NCBI GenBank assembly: GCA_049964835.1 | Contig: JBMFWW010000006.1 | Location: forward strand, 1 to 33,364 | DNA: 33,364 bases | From: Candidatus Micrarchaeia archaeon | GTDB lineage: Archaea; Micrarchaeota; Micrarchaeia; Micrarchaeales; CABMGC01 | Reading direction: 5' to 3' | Part shown: positions 8,151 to 17,328 of the stretch, piece by piece | How the letters are laid out: each line of letters begins with the position of its first letter | Numbering within the stretch: the first letter of the stretch is position 1 | Translations under genes and position numbers: made by a program | The notes under the pieces: generated by a model | Database searches by the model: none | What the model saw: the letters and a program-made list of their open reading frames with translations, nothing else | What the model was told of the DNA's origin: nothing

Positions 8151-8765
8151 ATGGTTGAAGAAATGCTTGTTGATCAGAATGAATATCTAGAGGTAGGTAT
8201 ACACATAGGTACTAAGGTTAGAACTCCGGGAATGACCAGATATATTTACAAGGTAAGAGAGGATGGATTATACCTACTTGATCTTGCAACTATAGATAAA
8301 AGAATAAAGATGGCAGCGAAGATGCTAGCCAAATATGATCCTTCAGATATTGTTGTAACTGCTTCTAGAATATACTCAATAACAGCTGCAAGCAAGTTTG
8401 CAGAGATAACAAAAACAAAGCTTATAACTGGAAGAGTAATGCCAGGTCTTTTCACAAATCCAAACAGAGACGATTTTATAGAACCAGAAATTGTACTTAT
8501 AAGCGATAATAGAAATGAGAGACAGGCTATAAAAGAGGCAAGCAAGACAAATGTGCCTACAATAGCATTATGCGACACGGACAACTGGCTTAAGTTCGTA
8601 GACTTTGTTATACCTTGTAATAATAAAGGAAGGCGCTCTCTTTCATTAATATATTTCTTGTTGGCAAGAGAGTTCTTAAAAGAGAAAGGAATAATAAAGA
8701 GTAATGAAGAGTTTAATTATAAAGTCTCTGACTTTGAAGCAAAGGTAGAGATGAAGGCGAAGTAA
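8151..8765 (+). CDS. rps2: 30S ribosomal protein S2
   Basis: YLEVGIHIGTK, GRVMPGLFTNP, IALCDTDN, IPCNNKGRRSL. Confidence 0.97.
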   Translation: MVEEMLVDQNEYLEVGIHIGTKVRTPGMTRYIYKVREDGLYLLDLATIDKRIKMAAKMLAKYDPSDIVVTASRIYSITAASKFAEITKTKLITGRVMPGLFTNPNRDDFIEPEIVLISDNRNERQAIKEASKTNVPTIALCDTDNWLKFVDFVIPCNNKGRRSLSLIYFLLAREFLKEKGIIKSNEEFNYKVSDFEAKVEMKAK

Positions 8766-9320
8766 TTGAGCTTGCATAAGAAAAAAAATAATTTTATGAA
8801 GGGCCAAGCGGCCATGGACTTTATGGCTTCTTATGGTCTTGCTTTAATAATAATTATATTTGCAGTAGCAACAATATACCTTATAGGAAACTCGAATAAC
8901 AACGTATTTCAAAATTCATGTACCGGATACTCTGGTTTTTCTTGTTCTACACTGTTCTTAAATGATAGTGGAATTTTGAATATAACAATATCGCAGGATA
9001 CTGGAGCGGATATTTTAGTAAAAGGAATAGCTTGTTCTACTGCGCAATCAAGCGTTGGTGTAGGGCCGGCTTATGGGAATTATGGTGTTTATAATAGTTT
9101 TTATTACTATCCAAATAGTGAGATGGCAAATGGAATAAACATAAACACAGGTAATTCTGCGTCTTTTGATCTTTATTGTTATAACTCAGTAGGAGTTTCT
9201 ACAGAACAGGTTCAAGGGAATGATTTTTCTGGCTATGTTTGGATAAATTATACAGTCATAAATACTGACATTAATGAAACTGAACTTATGGCCGCATTTA
9301 CAACAACATACACAAAATAG
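8766..9320 (+). CDS. Class III signal peptide (archaeal type IV pilin-like) protein
   Basis: KGQ-AAMDFMASYG followed by a hydrophobic helix; start TTG 8766 or ATG 8796. Confidence 0.75.
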   Translation: MSLHKKKNNFMKGQAAMDFMASYGLALIIIIFAVATIYLIGNSNNNVFQNSCTGYSGFSCSTLFLNDSGILNITISQDTGADILVKGIACSTAQSSVGVGPAYGNYGVYNSFYYYPNSEMANGININTGNSASFDLYCYNSVGVSTEQVQGNDFSGYVWINYTVINTDINETELMAAFTTTYTK

Positions 9321-9372
9321 TAATGTATATAAATTTAATTAAACAATAATAGAGCATTTATTTGGTGAAGCA

Positions 9373-9606
9373 ATGAACATGAACCACGAAAGACCTTTTG
9401 ATTTACTAAACAAGGCAATAGGTCAACAAGTATTGATAAGACTTAAGAACGGGAGTGACATAAGAGGTAAGGTACAGTCTTTTGATGTACATATGAACAT
9501 AGTACTTGAAGGAGCTGAAGAACTTGATGATGGTGGAAGCACTAAAACCAAGTTAGGCGTTATTTTGCTTAGAGGAGGCAATATACTATTTATATCTCCT
9601 GCTTAA
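9373..9606 (+). CDS. Sm/LSm-like RNA-binding protein (SmAP1)
   Basis: ERPFDLL, GKVQSFDVHMNIVL, LLRGGNILFISP. Confidence 0.95.
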   Translation: MNMNHERPFDLLNKAIGQQVLIRLKNGSDIRGKVQSFDVHMNIVLEGAEELDDGGSTKTKLGVILLRGGNILFISPA

Positions 9607-9621
9607 TTATATACTGTTAAT

Positions 9622-9732
9622 GGGCTCCTAGCGCAACGGTAGCGCGCCTGCATGGCATGCAGGAGGTTGCGGGTTCGAATCAAACTCTCGTTTTTAATAT
9701 AAACTAGATTTGTGAAATTCCCGCGGAGTCCA
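9622..9732 (+). tRNA. tRNA-Ala(GGC) with 39-nt intron at 59/60 (9680-9718)
   Basis: GGGCTCC/GGAGTCC acceptor with G3:U70; CCTGC-ATGGCAT-GCAGG anticodon arm; strict BHB (TTCG/TGAA helix, AAT and ATT bulges, CAAA/TTTG helix). Confidence 0.93.
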
Positions 9733-9767
9733 TTATACTTGTTTTTCTAATTGACTTGATTTTTCTT

Positions 9768-10463
9768 TTATTTATTTAGGTCTTCAGATATATATTTTAA
9801 GGTTAGATTTACGGATAAATTATCAAAATAAGAAGTAAAAACTGCCAGTGTATTAGAGTGCCTTGCTATTAAAGTCATTAGCTTTGAAGAGGTATTTGTG
9901 TTCTGTATTATATAAAAATACTGTGCACTGTTCTCAGTACCATTCGAGTATAATATGTTTTCTGTCTTTCTTTCATTATTCATATCGTTGCTAACAGAAG
10001 AGAATATTTTTGATGCGTTTGTTCTATTAATTATGAACTCTTGTAAAAATTGATTACCTGAAGAGAACTCAGTAGCGTATACTGTCGCATTGCCCATAAT
10101 AATAGAGATTATAGAGCCTGCAGACGCATTTAGTTGAAGAGCATTGGTAGAAAAAGATGAAAAAGAACCTTCACCTAAAAGCGCAGTTACCTGTGAATCA
10201 TTAATTAAAAATTTATTAGAAAGGTTTGATGAAGAATTCAAAAGTATATAAGTTATTAAAACAATAAGAACTACAAAAAGTATTATTGAAAATAAAACAG
10301 AATAAATATGCTTTTTCAACTGAGATCTTTTATATTCTAAGTTTGCTCCTTGTATTGTGTCTCGTCCTTGTGCTTGTCCTTGTATATTAGTAGCTTGCAC
10401 GTTGTTATCTTCTATATCATAAGGAACGCTTTGATCTCCTTGTGCCTCTCCGAGAACGGTCAA
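9768..10463 (-). CDS. Hypothetical single-pass membrane protein
   Basis: 231 aa; Gln-rich N-terminus, one TM helix, Ser/Asn-rich domain; TTG start after GGAG. Confidence 0.65.
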   Translation of the reverse strand: MTVLGEAQGDQSVPYDIEDNNVQATNIQGQAQGRDTIQGANLEYKRSQLKKHIYSVLFSIILFVVLIVLITYILLNSSSNLSNKFLINDSQVTALLGEGSFSSFSTNALQLNASAGSIISIIMGNATVYATEFSSGNQFLQEFIINRTNASKIFSSVSNDMNNERKTENILYSNGTENSAQYFYIIQNTNTSSKLMTLIARHSNTLAVFTSYFDNLSVNLTLKYISEDLNK

Positions 10464-10491
10464 GCGTAACTCCTTTTTTACTTAAACTTGC

Positions 10492-10803
10492 TTAGTGCTT
10501 TGCAGAAATGTCCTTTGACATTTCAAGATACTGCTTCTTTGTTATTTCTCCTCGTGCATATCTGCTTTTTAATATCTGAATTGGATCTGCATATGAGTCG
10601 TGATATCCTGTTTTAGACATAAGTATTAACAAAAGACCCCACATTACTATTAAGAGAATTATCATTACCAAAGTTATATATGGTATATTTTGATAGGCTA
10701 ATGTTGTAGGCACATACAAAAATGTAAGTACCGCTATAAATCCTACTATGATAAATGCCACTACAATTATGCTACTTAAAACTTTATTATGCGCATGTTT
10801 CAT
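10492..10803 (-). CDS. Two-TM membrane protein with SHOCT domain
   Basis: C-terminal DPIQILKSRYARGEITKKQYLEM. Confidence 0.8.
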   Translation of the reverse strand: MKHAHNKVLSSIIVVAFIIVGFIAVLTFLYVPTTLAYQNIPYITLVMIILLIVMWGLLLILMSKTGYHDSYADPIQILKSRYARGEITKKQYLEMSKDISAKH

Positions 10804-10953
10804 AAAACAACCTCATTATTAAATTCCAAAAGAAATATATAATAATGTATCTTTTATATCGCTTTACATTATTTTTCAATAAAAATTAAAAGATTTCAAC
10901 TTTTTGTTAAAAAAAACAAAGATTTATATATTTGTTTTAACATAATATTAAAC

Positions 10954-11385
10954 ATGGGAAACATAGAAAGAATCGCCATAAGAGTTGTCGGAAGACCTCA
11001 AAAGGATGATTTAGATCATTTATCAACGTGGTTCTGTGAGGTTTTTGATTTAAGTGATAAAGATAATAATATCGAACCGCTCATGTTAAAGAAATTAATA
11101 ATGAAGAGTATTTCAGGAGATGGAATTACAAGTAAGGAACTAAAAAAGGATCTTGACACGCCTAGAAGTACAGTTATTTATCACTTGAATAGATTTATAT
11201 ATGCTGGATTAATTATCAGAAAAGGTAGGAAGTATTATTTAAGATCAGATGATCTTACAAGTACTATAGAGGATATACAAGCCGAGATGGTAAGAGAGTT
11301 TGATAGAGTAATAAACCTTGCTCAGAAAATGGATAGTATTTTAGAGGTAGGTAAAAATGGTCGAAGAAAAGATAGATACAAATAA
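10954..11385 (+). CDS. wHTH transcriptional regulator (ArsR-like) heading the dnaK operon
   Basis: TSKELKKDLDTPRSTVIYHLNRFIYAGLI HTH; overlaps grpE by 29 nt. Confidence 0.8.
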   Translation: MGNIERIAIRVVGRPQKDDLDHLSTWFCEVFDLSDKDNNIEPLMLKKLIMKSISGDGITSKELKKDLDTPRSTVIYHLNRFIYAGLIIRKGRKYYLRSDDLTSTIEDIQAEMVREFDRVINLAQKMDSILEVGKNGRRKDRYK

Positions 11386-11878
11386 AATCGAAAAGGGACA
11401 GGTTGAAGAAGAAAAGGATAAGAAAGAAGAAAATAAGGATGAAGCTGTAGAATTAAAAGATAGATTGCTTAGACTAGCGGCTGAATTTGATAACTACAAA
11501 AAAAGAAGCAACAGAGAGTTAGAAAATTCAAAATTGTTGGGAAAGGTAGAGTTTGCAAAAAAGATACTTCCAGTAATTGATGAATTTGAACTTGCCATAG
11601 AAGCATTGAAGATGAGCTCTGAAGGTGAAAAAGGTGTTGCGATGGTTTTTTCCAACTTTATTGAAATATTAAAAAAAGAAGGATTAAGAGAGATAGAAAC
11701 AAAGGGCAAGTTCGATCCATACAGACATGAAATAATGTTATCAAAAGACAGCGACAAACCAGAAGGAACTGTGATACAAATAGTAAGGAAGGGTTATATG
11801 CTGAATGATATTATGTTAAGACCCGCTTCGATAATAGTTTCGAACGGTAAAATAGAAAAAAAGAATGAAGAAAAATAA
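11357..11878 (+). CDS. grpE: Nucleotide exchange factor GrpE
   Basis: RLAAEFDNYKKR, FDPYRHE, KGYML...LRPA. Confidence 0.96.
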   Translation: MVEEKIDTNKIEKGQVEEEKDKKEENKDEAVELKDRLLRLAAEFDNYKKRSNRELENSKLLGKVEFAKKILPVIDEFELAIEALKMSSEGEKGVAMVFSNFIEILKKEGLREIETKGKFDPYRHEIMLSKDSDKPEGTVIQIVRKGYMLNDIMLRPASIIVSNGKIEKKNEEK

Positions 11879-11890
11879 ATGGTGATATAT

Positions 11891-13726
11891 ATGAAAATAA
11901 TAGGAATAGATTTAGGTACATCCAACTCAGCTGCTGCTGTTTTGGAAGGAGGAAGACCAGTACTTATACCAAGTGCGGAGGGAACATCTCTTTATGGAAA
12001 GTCATTTCCAAGCTATGTTGCATTTACAAAAGATGGACAGAGATTGATTGGAGAACCAGCAAAGAGACAGGCGGTAGCCAATTCTGATGGAACTGTGAAT
12101 GCTTTCAAGAGAAAGATGGGAACAGACTTCAAGTACAAAATATATGGAAAGGAGTATACACCGCAAGAGCTTTCTGCAATGGTACTGCAGAAAATAAAAA
12201 CTGATGCCGAAGCTTTTTTGGGAGAAGAGGTAAAGAAAGCAGTTATAACGGTTCCTGCATACTTTGATGATAATCAGAGGCAAGCTACAAAGGATGCTGG
12301 AGAAATAGCAGGCTTAGAGGTAGTTAGATTAGTTAATGAACCTACAGCTGCTGCGCTAGCATATGGATTAGACAAAGCAGGAAAGGATATGAAGATTATA
12401 GTATACGATTTCGGAGGTGGAACTCTTGATGTAACTATAATGGACTTTGGAAAAGGTGTATTTGAGGTAAAATCAACTAGCGGAGACACGCAGCTAGGAG
12501 GAACAGATATGGATAATGCTATAACAAAGTTCCTAGCGGATGAGGTAAAGAAAAAAGGGGTTGATATAACAAATGATAGCCAGGCTATGCAAAGAGTAAG
12601 AGAAGCTGCTGAAAAAGCAAAGATAGAGCTTTCAACAACATTAAACTCTGAGATAAATCTTCCGTTCTTGACTATGGGACCTGGAAACGCACCTATACAC
12701 TTTACTTATACTATGACAAGAGCTAAGCTTGAAGAGATAGTTTTACCAATAGTAGAAAGGACTACAAAACCGGTTATGCAAGCACTTAAGGATGCAAAGC
12801 TAGAACCCAAGGATATAGACAAGGTAATATTAGTAGGAGGGCCAACAAGAATGCCAATAGTGCAAAGATATGTAGAACAGCTTCTAGGAAAAAAGATAGA
12901 AAGAGGTGTAGATCCTATGGAAGCTGTTGCTTTTGGAGCAGCTGTTCAAGCTGGTGTTCTAACTGGAGAGGTTAAGGATATCGTTCTTCTTGATGTTACT
13001 CCTTTGAGTTTAGGTCTTGAAACTTATGGTGGAGTTACAACAACACTAATAGAAAGAAACACCACCATACCAATAAGAAAATCACAAGTATTTACAACTG
13101 CAGAAGACAATCAAACTACAGTAGATGTACATATATTACAAGGAGAAAGAAAAATGGCAAAGGACAATATAGAACTTGGAAGATTCCAATTGACAGGAAT
13201 ACCTCCTGCGCCTAGAGGTGTACCTCAAATAGAGGTGACCTTTGATATCGATGCAAACGGAATAATACATGTAACTGCTAAAGATAAAGCCAGTGGAAAA
13301 GAACAAAAGATGCAGGTAGTTGCAAAGAACAAGATGAGTAGGGAGGATATTGAAAAGAAGGTAAAGGAGGCCGAACAGTATGCTGAACAGGATAAAGAAC
13401 TGTTTGAAAAGGTAGAAATAAAAAATAATGCGGAGTCACTTTCTTATACAACCGAAAAAACACTAAAAGAATATAAAGATAAAATACCAAATGAACTTTA
13501 CAGCAAGATAGAAAAGGCCAATAACGACCTTAAAGATGCAATCAAAGGGGATAATGCAAATGATATCAAATCAAAGTCTGATGCCCTTAATGAGATGTTG
13601 CAGAAGATTGGAGAGAGCATGTATAAAGGAGGAGCAGAGCAAGGTCCAGGAGGTTCAACGGGCCAAGGCGGCGAAGGACCTAATCCGGATGGAACTGTGA
13701 ATGCAGATTACAAGGTAGAAAAATGA
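11891..13726 (+). CDS. dnaK: Chaperone DnaK (Hsp70)
   Basis: [45 protein letters not shown] 11891 follows GGTGA. Confidence 0.99.
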   Translation: MKIIGIDLGTSNSAAAVLEGGRPVLIPSAEGTSLYGKSFPSYVAFTKDGQRLIGEPAKRQAVANSDGTVNAFKRKMGTDFKYKIYGKEYTPQELSAMVLQKIKTDAEAFLGEEVKKAVITVPAYFDDNQRQATKDAGEIAGLEVVRLVNEPTAAALAYGLDKAGKDMKIIVYDFGGGTLDVTIMDFGKGVFEVKSTSGDTQLGGTDMDNAITKFLADEVKKKGVDITNDSQAMQRVREAAEKAKIELSTTLNSEINLPFLTMGPGNAPIHFTYTMTRAKLEEIVLPIVERTTKPVMQALKDAKLEPKDIDKVILVGGPTRMPIVQRYVEQLLGKKIERGVDPMEAVAFGAAVQAGVLTGEVKDIVLLDVTPLSLGLETYGGVTTTLIERNTTIPIRKSQVFTTAEDNQTTVDVHILQGERKMAKDNIELGRFQLTGIPPAPRGVPQIEVTFDIDANGIIHVTAKDKASGKEQKMQVVAKNKMSREDIEKKVKEAEQYAEQDKELFEKVEIKNNAESLSYTTEKTLKEYKDKIPNELYSKIEKANNDLKDAIKGDNANDIKSKSDALNEMLQKIGESMYKGGAEQGPGGSTGQGGEGPNPDGTVNADYKVEK

Positions 13727-14814
13727 GTGAAGATTTTTATAACATACTTGGTGTCAAAAAAGATGCGACTCAAGATGAAATTAAAAAAGCATATAGAGAG
13801 TTAGCTCTCAAATACCATCCGGACAGAAATAGCAGCAAAGAGGCAGAAGAAAAATTTAAGTTGATAAATGAAGCGTATGCAGTGTTAAGCAACGAAGAGA
13901 AAAGAAAACAGTATGACACATACGGGCATGAACAGTTTAACCAGCACTATACCGAGCAGGATATATTCCGTGACTTCAATATCAATGATATCTTCAAGGA
14001 CTTTGGTTTCAATATAGACTTCGGAGGAGGAAGATTTACGTATAACTCTGATGATGATAGTAATGGAAATATACTCTATAGAATGAAGATTTCTTTTATG
14101 GAGGCTGCAAAGGGTGCCAACAAAACAATAGAGGTAAAACACATTGCAAAATGTAGCCATTGTTCTGGAACTGGAGGAGAACCCGGTTCAAAGATAGTGA
14201 AATGTAATGTTTGCAGAGGTTCTGGGAGAGTGAAAAGGGTAGTAAATACATTCTTTGGAGCAATGCAGACTGTAATGGTGTGTAATGAGTGCGGAGGTTC
14301 TGGAAGTTTTTACGAAAAAAAATGTAAGGAGTGTAGAGGAAAAGGAGGTTTAACAAAAACAGAAAAGATAGATGTAAAAATACCAGAAGGCGTAAGAGAC
14401 GGAATGAGATTAAAACTTGATGGCATGGGTGATTTTAGTAAGAATGGATCTGGTAGTATATTCTTAGAACTGTCTGTTTCTAATGATAAAACCTTTGAAC
14501 GTCAAGGCGATGATATAATAACAACTGTAAAAATACCTTTTTACAAAGCGATAATAGGAGGAGATGTTGTAGTTCCAACATTGAATGAGCCTAAGAGCAT
14601 AAAAATTAATCCCGGTACCCAAGAAGGCACGGAGATCAGATTAAAAGGAAGTGGAATTAAAAGAATAGGAACGCAATACTATGGTGATGAAATAGTAATA
14701 TTAAGTATAGACATACCCAAATCATTGACAAAAGATGAAGAGCGAATAATAAAAGAGTTTGCAACACTCAGAGAAAATAAGGAAAGTGACAAAAAGAAGT
14801 TTGGTTTCTTCTAA
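13723..14814 (+). CDS. dnaJ: Chaperone DnaJ
   Basis: J domain with HPD and four CxxCxGxG repeats. Confidence 0.98.
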   Translation: MSEDFYNILGVKKDATQDEIKKAYRELALKYHPDRNSSKEAEEKFKLINEAYAVLSNEEKRKQYDTYGHEQFNQHYTEQDIFRDFNINDIFKDFGFNIDFGGGRFTYNSDDDSNGNILYRMKISFMEAAKGANKTIEVKHIAKCSHCSGTGGEPGSKIVKCNVCRGSGRVKRVVNTFFGAMQTVMVCNECGGSGSFYEKKCKECRGKGGLTKTEKIDVKIPEGVRDGMRLKLDGMGDFSKNGSGSIFLELSVSNDKTFERQGDDIITTVKIPFYKAIIGGDVVVPTLNEPKSIKINPGTQEGTEIRLKGSGIKRIGTQYYGDEIVILSIDIPKSLTKDEERIIKEFATLRENKESDKKKFGFF

Positions 14815-14950
14815 ACTAATTATATAATAAGGAATGTATATATTTTGCACAAATAGAAAAGTTATTCAAATATTTTCAATATTTTTTATTATATAGTAAG
14901 TTAAAATTACAAAACAAAGTAATAATAATTTTAATATTAAACAACTTAGT

Positions 14951-15904
14951 ATGGAATTTAAAAGTGCTGTGGGGCAACAATCAAATTCTGAAAACCATTC
15001 TTTTAGAGAGTTACACAAACAAAAAACTGCGGATGAATCATACTTAAATATTGTTAAAAAAATACTTTCAGAAGGTGAATTGAAGGATAATAGAACCGGA
15101 GTTAAGACTCTGGCTATAGCTGGCGCTGTTTTTGAACATGATATGAAATTAGGTTTTCCATTATTAACTACAAAAAAGATGCCATTTAAATCAATTGCAT
15201 CAGAATTAGAATTTTTTATAAAAGGAATTACAGATAAAAAGTGGCTTCAGGAAAGAAACAATCATATATGGGATGAATGGGCAAATCCTACTAAAACACC
15301 ATACGGGCATACACCAGAAGCTAAGAAAGAGATGTTTAAAGAAAGAGATTTAGGTCCGATATATGGCTTTCAATGGAGACATTTTAACGCTAAATATGAA
15401 GGATACGATACTGATTATGAAAATAAAGGCGTAGACCAGCTAGGTACTATTGTTAAAAGACTTAAAGAAAGTCCTAATGATAGAAGAATGATAGTTTCTG
15501 CTTGGAATCCACAGCAAATAAATGAGATGGCTCTGCCGCCATGCCATTATTCGTTTCAGGTTACTGTTATCAATGACAAATTAAATTTGTTATGGAATCA
15601 AAGATCGGTAGATACAATGCTTGGACTTCCTTTCAATATTGCAAGTTATGCACTTTTACTACACCTACTAGCAAAAGAATCGAATTTGAAAGAAGGAAAA
15701 CTCGTAGGATTTTTAGCCGATGTACACATTTATGAAAATCATATTGAAGGAGCTAATGAGCAAGTAAAAAGAGATCCTAATACATACAAATCTCCAAGCA
15801 TAAAAACAGAGGAATTTGATAGCATTTTTAACTGGAAGTATGATACTACAAAATTAGAAGGATATGAAAGTTATCCTCCAATAAAATTTGATATTGCTGT
15901 CTAA
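14951..15904 (+). CDS. thyA: Thymidylate synthase (bacterial/eukaryal-type)
   Basis: FPLLTTKK, IWDEWA, LGPIYGFQWR, MALPPCH, QRSVD..LGLPFNIASY. Confidence 0.97.
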   Translation: MEFKSAVGQQSNSENHSFRELHKQKTADESYLNIVKKILSEGELKDNRTGVKTLAIAGAVFEHDMKLGFPLLTTKKMPFKSIASELEFFIKGITDKKWLQERNNHIWDEWANPTKTPYGHTPEAKKEMFKERDLGPIYGFQWRHFNAKYEGYDTDYENKGVDQLGTIVKRLKESPNDRRMIVSAWNPQQINEMALPPCHYSFQVTVINDKLNLLWNQRSVDTMLGLPFNIASYALLLHLLAKESNLKEGKLVGFLADVHIYENHIEGANEQVKRDPNTYKSPSIKTEEFDSIFNWKYDTTKLEGYESYPPIKFDIAV

Positions 15905-15929
15905 AAACAACAATAACTAGTGAGTATTT

Positions 15930-16424
15930 ATGGAAATTGGAATTATAGTAGCTATGACAAGAAACAGAGTAATTGGTAAGGATGGGAAAATTCCTTGGAA
16001 AATAAAAGAAGATATATTGCTCTTTAAAGGATTGACTATGAATAGAACTGTAATAATGGGAAGAAAAACTTGGTTCTCTCTGCTTTCTGTTTTTAGGCCA
16101 TTGCCTAATAGAAATAATATAATAATAAGCAACACTCTTGAACCGCAGTCCGGAGCGTTTGTATGTAAAAGTATAGATGAGGCAGTAGCTATTGCAAGAC
16201 GATTTGAATGTGATGCATATTGCATAGGAGGTGCACAACTTTATTCACAAATGCTTCCTATCTCAAGTATACTACATATTTCACTCGTAAAAGGAGCATA
16301 TGAAGGAGATACTTATTTTCCTGAAATAAATTATGAAGAGTGGGAACTTCAAGAGACTGTGGAGTTTGAAGAGTTTACTTATAAAAGATACAAAAGGAAA
16401 ACACCAAACAACATAAATATCTAA
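15930..16424 (+). CDS. folA: Dihydrofolate reductase
   Basis: VIGKDGKIPW, VIMGRKTW.S, PLPNRNNI, IGGAQLY, GDTYFP. Confidence 0.96.
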   Translation: MEIGIIVAMTRNRVIGKDGKIPWKIKEDILLFKGLTMNRTVIMGRKTWFSLLSVFRPLPNRNNIIISNTLEPQSGAFVCKSIDEAVAIARRFECDAYCIGGAQLYSQMLPISSILHISLVKGAYEGDTYFPEINYEEWELQETVEFEEFTYKRYKRKTPNNINI

Positions 16425-16464
16425 AAAGTATAATATAAAAACAGTAATTTATTTAGGTAATTAC

Positions 16465-17244
16465 ATAGGATTTAATTATAAAAATAGTAACCATATTAAT
16501 AACAATAACGGCTATTCAGATGGTATTATTAATAGTAATAAAAATAGTAATGACAATATTAATAACCACAATACTTTACTTTTAGGAAAAAGAGTTTGGC
16601 TATTTGATTTTGATGGTGTTCTAGTTCCGGCTCCAAACGAAGATGACCATACAAGATTTGTTTCAAACGCTATAAAATTAATCGTGGAATTAAAAGGTAT
16701 CAGTAGAAAGGATAGCACAAAAATGTACAATGACATAACTAAAAAAAATAAGGTTAATTTGCATGAATTCTTTAAAAACAACTTTCCAGAGATGGATGGA
16801 AAGTTAATTATGAAGAAAATATTTGGAGAATATAATAAAAAATATGAAAGTATGAAACCCGATTCAAATATTATAGAAATTATCAAAAGTCTTTCAGAAA
16901 ATGGAATTAGAATCGGGATTTTTACAAATAACACACAGGATACAGTATGTAGAACTGTTAAAAGACTTGGATACCTTAAGCATTTTGAGCGAATAATTGC
17001 TTATGAACAGTTATTTCCGTTTCTTAAACCTGAAGAATTTTCCTATAAAATAGCTGCAGAACACTTTAATGCTTCTTCAAAAGAGATAGTTTTTGTAGAT
17101 GACTCTGAAGAAAATGTAAGGGTTTCTAAAAGACTAGGTATTGTTTCTATACATGTATCTGAAACAGACGCAGATGACAAAGTAACTGATTTTAATGTTA
17201 GAAACTCTGAAGAACTTTTAAAGTTAATAAGAACAAAAACATAA
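16465..17244 (+). CDS. HAD-superfamily hydrolase (probable ATA start)
   Basis: Motif I WLFDFDGVL (about 16597-16623) is in frame upstream of the track's GTG 16684; FTN, KP and FVDDS motifs follow. Start position inferred. Confidence 0.8.
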   Translation: MGFNYKNSNHINNNNGYSDGIINSNKNSNDNINNHNTLLLGKRVWLFDFDGVLVPAPNEDDHTRFVSNAIKLIVELKGISRKDSTKMYNDITKKNKVNLHEFFKNNFPEMDGKLIMKKIFGEYNKKYESMKPDSNIIEIIKSLSENGIRIGIFTNNTQDTVCRTVKRLGYLKHFERIIAYEQLFPFLKPEEFSYKIAAEHFNASSKEIVFVDDSEENVRVSKRLGIVSIHVSETDADDKVTDFNVRNSEELLKLIRTKT

Positions 17245-17282
17245 TTATTTGTCCATTGTGTAATTACTTTTTTATTAAAGTA

Positions 17283-17321
17283 GGCGTAAAACCACATGCT
17301 TTAGCGGTGGGAGTATGTCAC
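17283..17321 (+). mobile_element. Solo IS200/IS605-type end (minimal hairpin element)
   Basis: GGCGTAAAACCACATGCTTTAGCGGTGGGAGTATGTCAC; 23 of the last 31 nt match the tnpB element right end at 32625-32655. Confidence 0.75.
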
Positions 17322-17328
17322 TTGATAC

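Noticed and set aside
16480..16575. AAT/AAC-rich stretch as a tandem repeat or CRISPR
   Set aside because: No regular unit or spacers; reads as Asn-rich coding sequence in the HAD frame.
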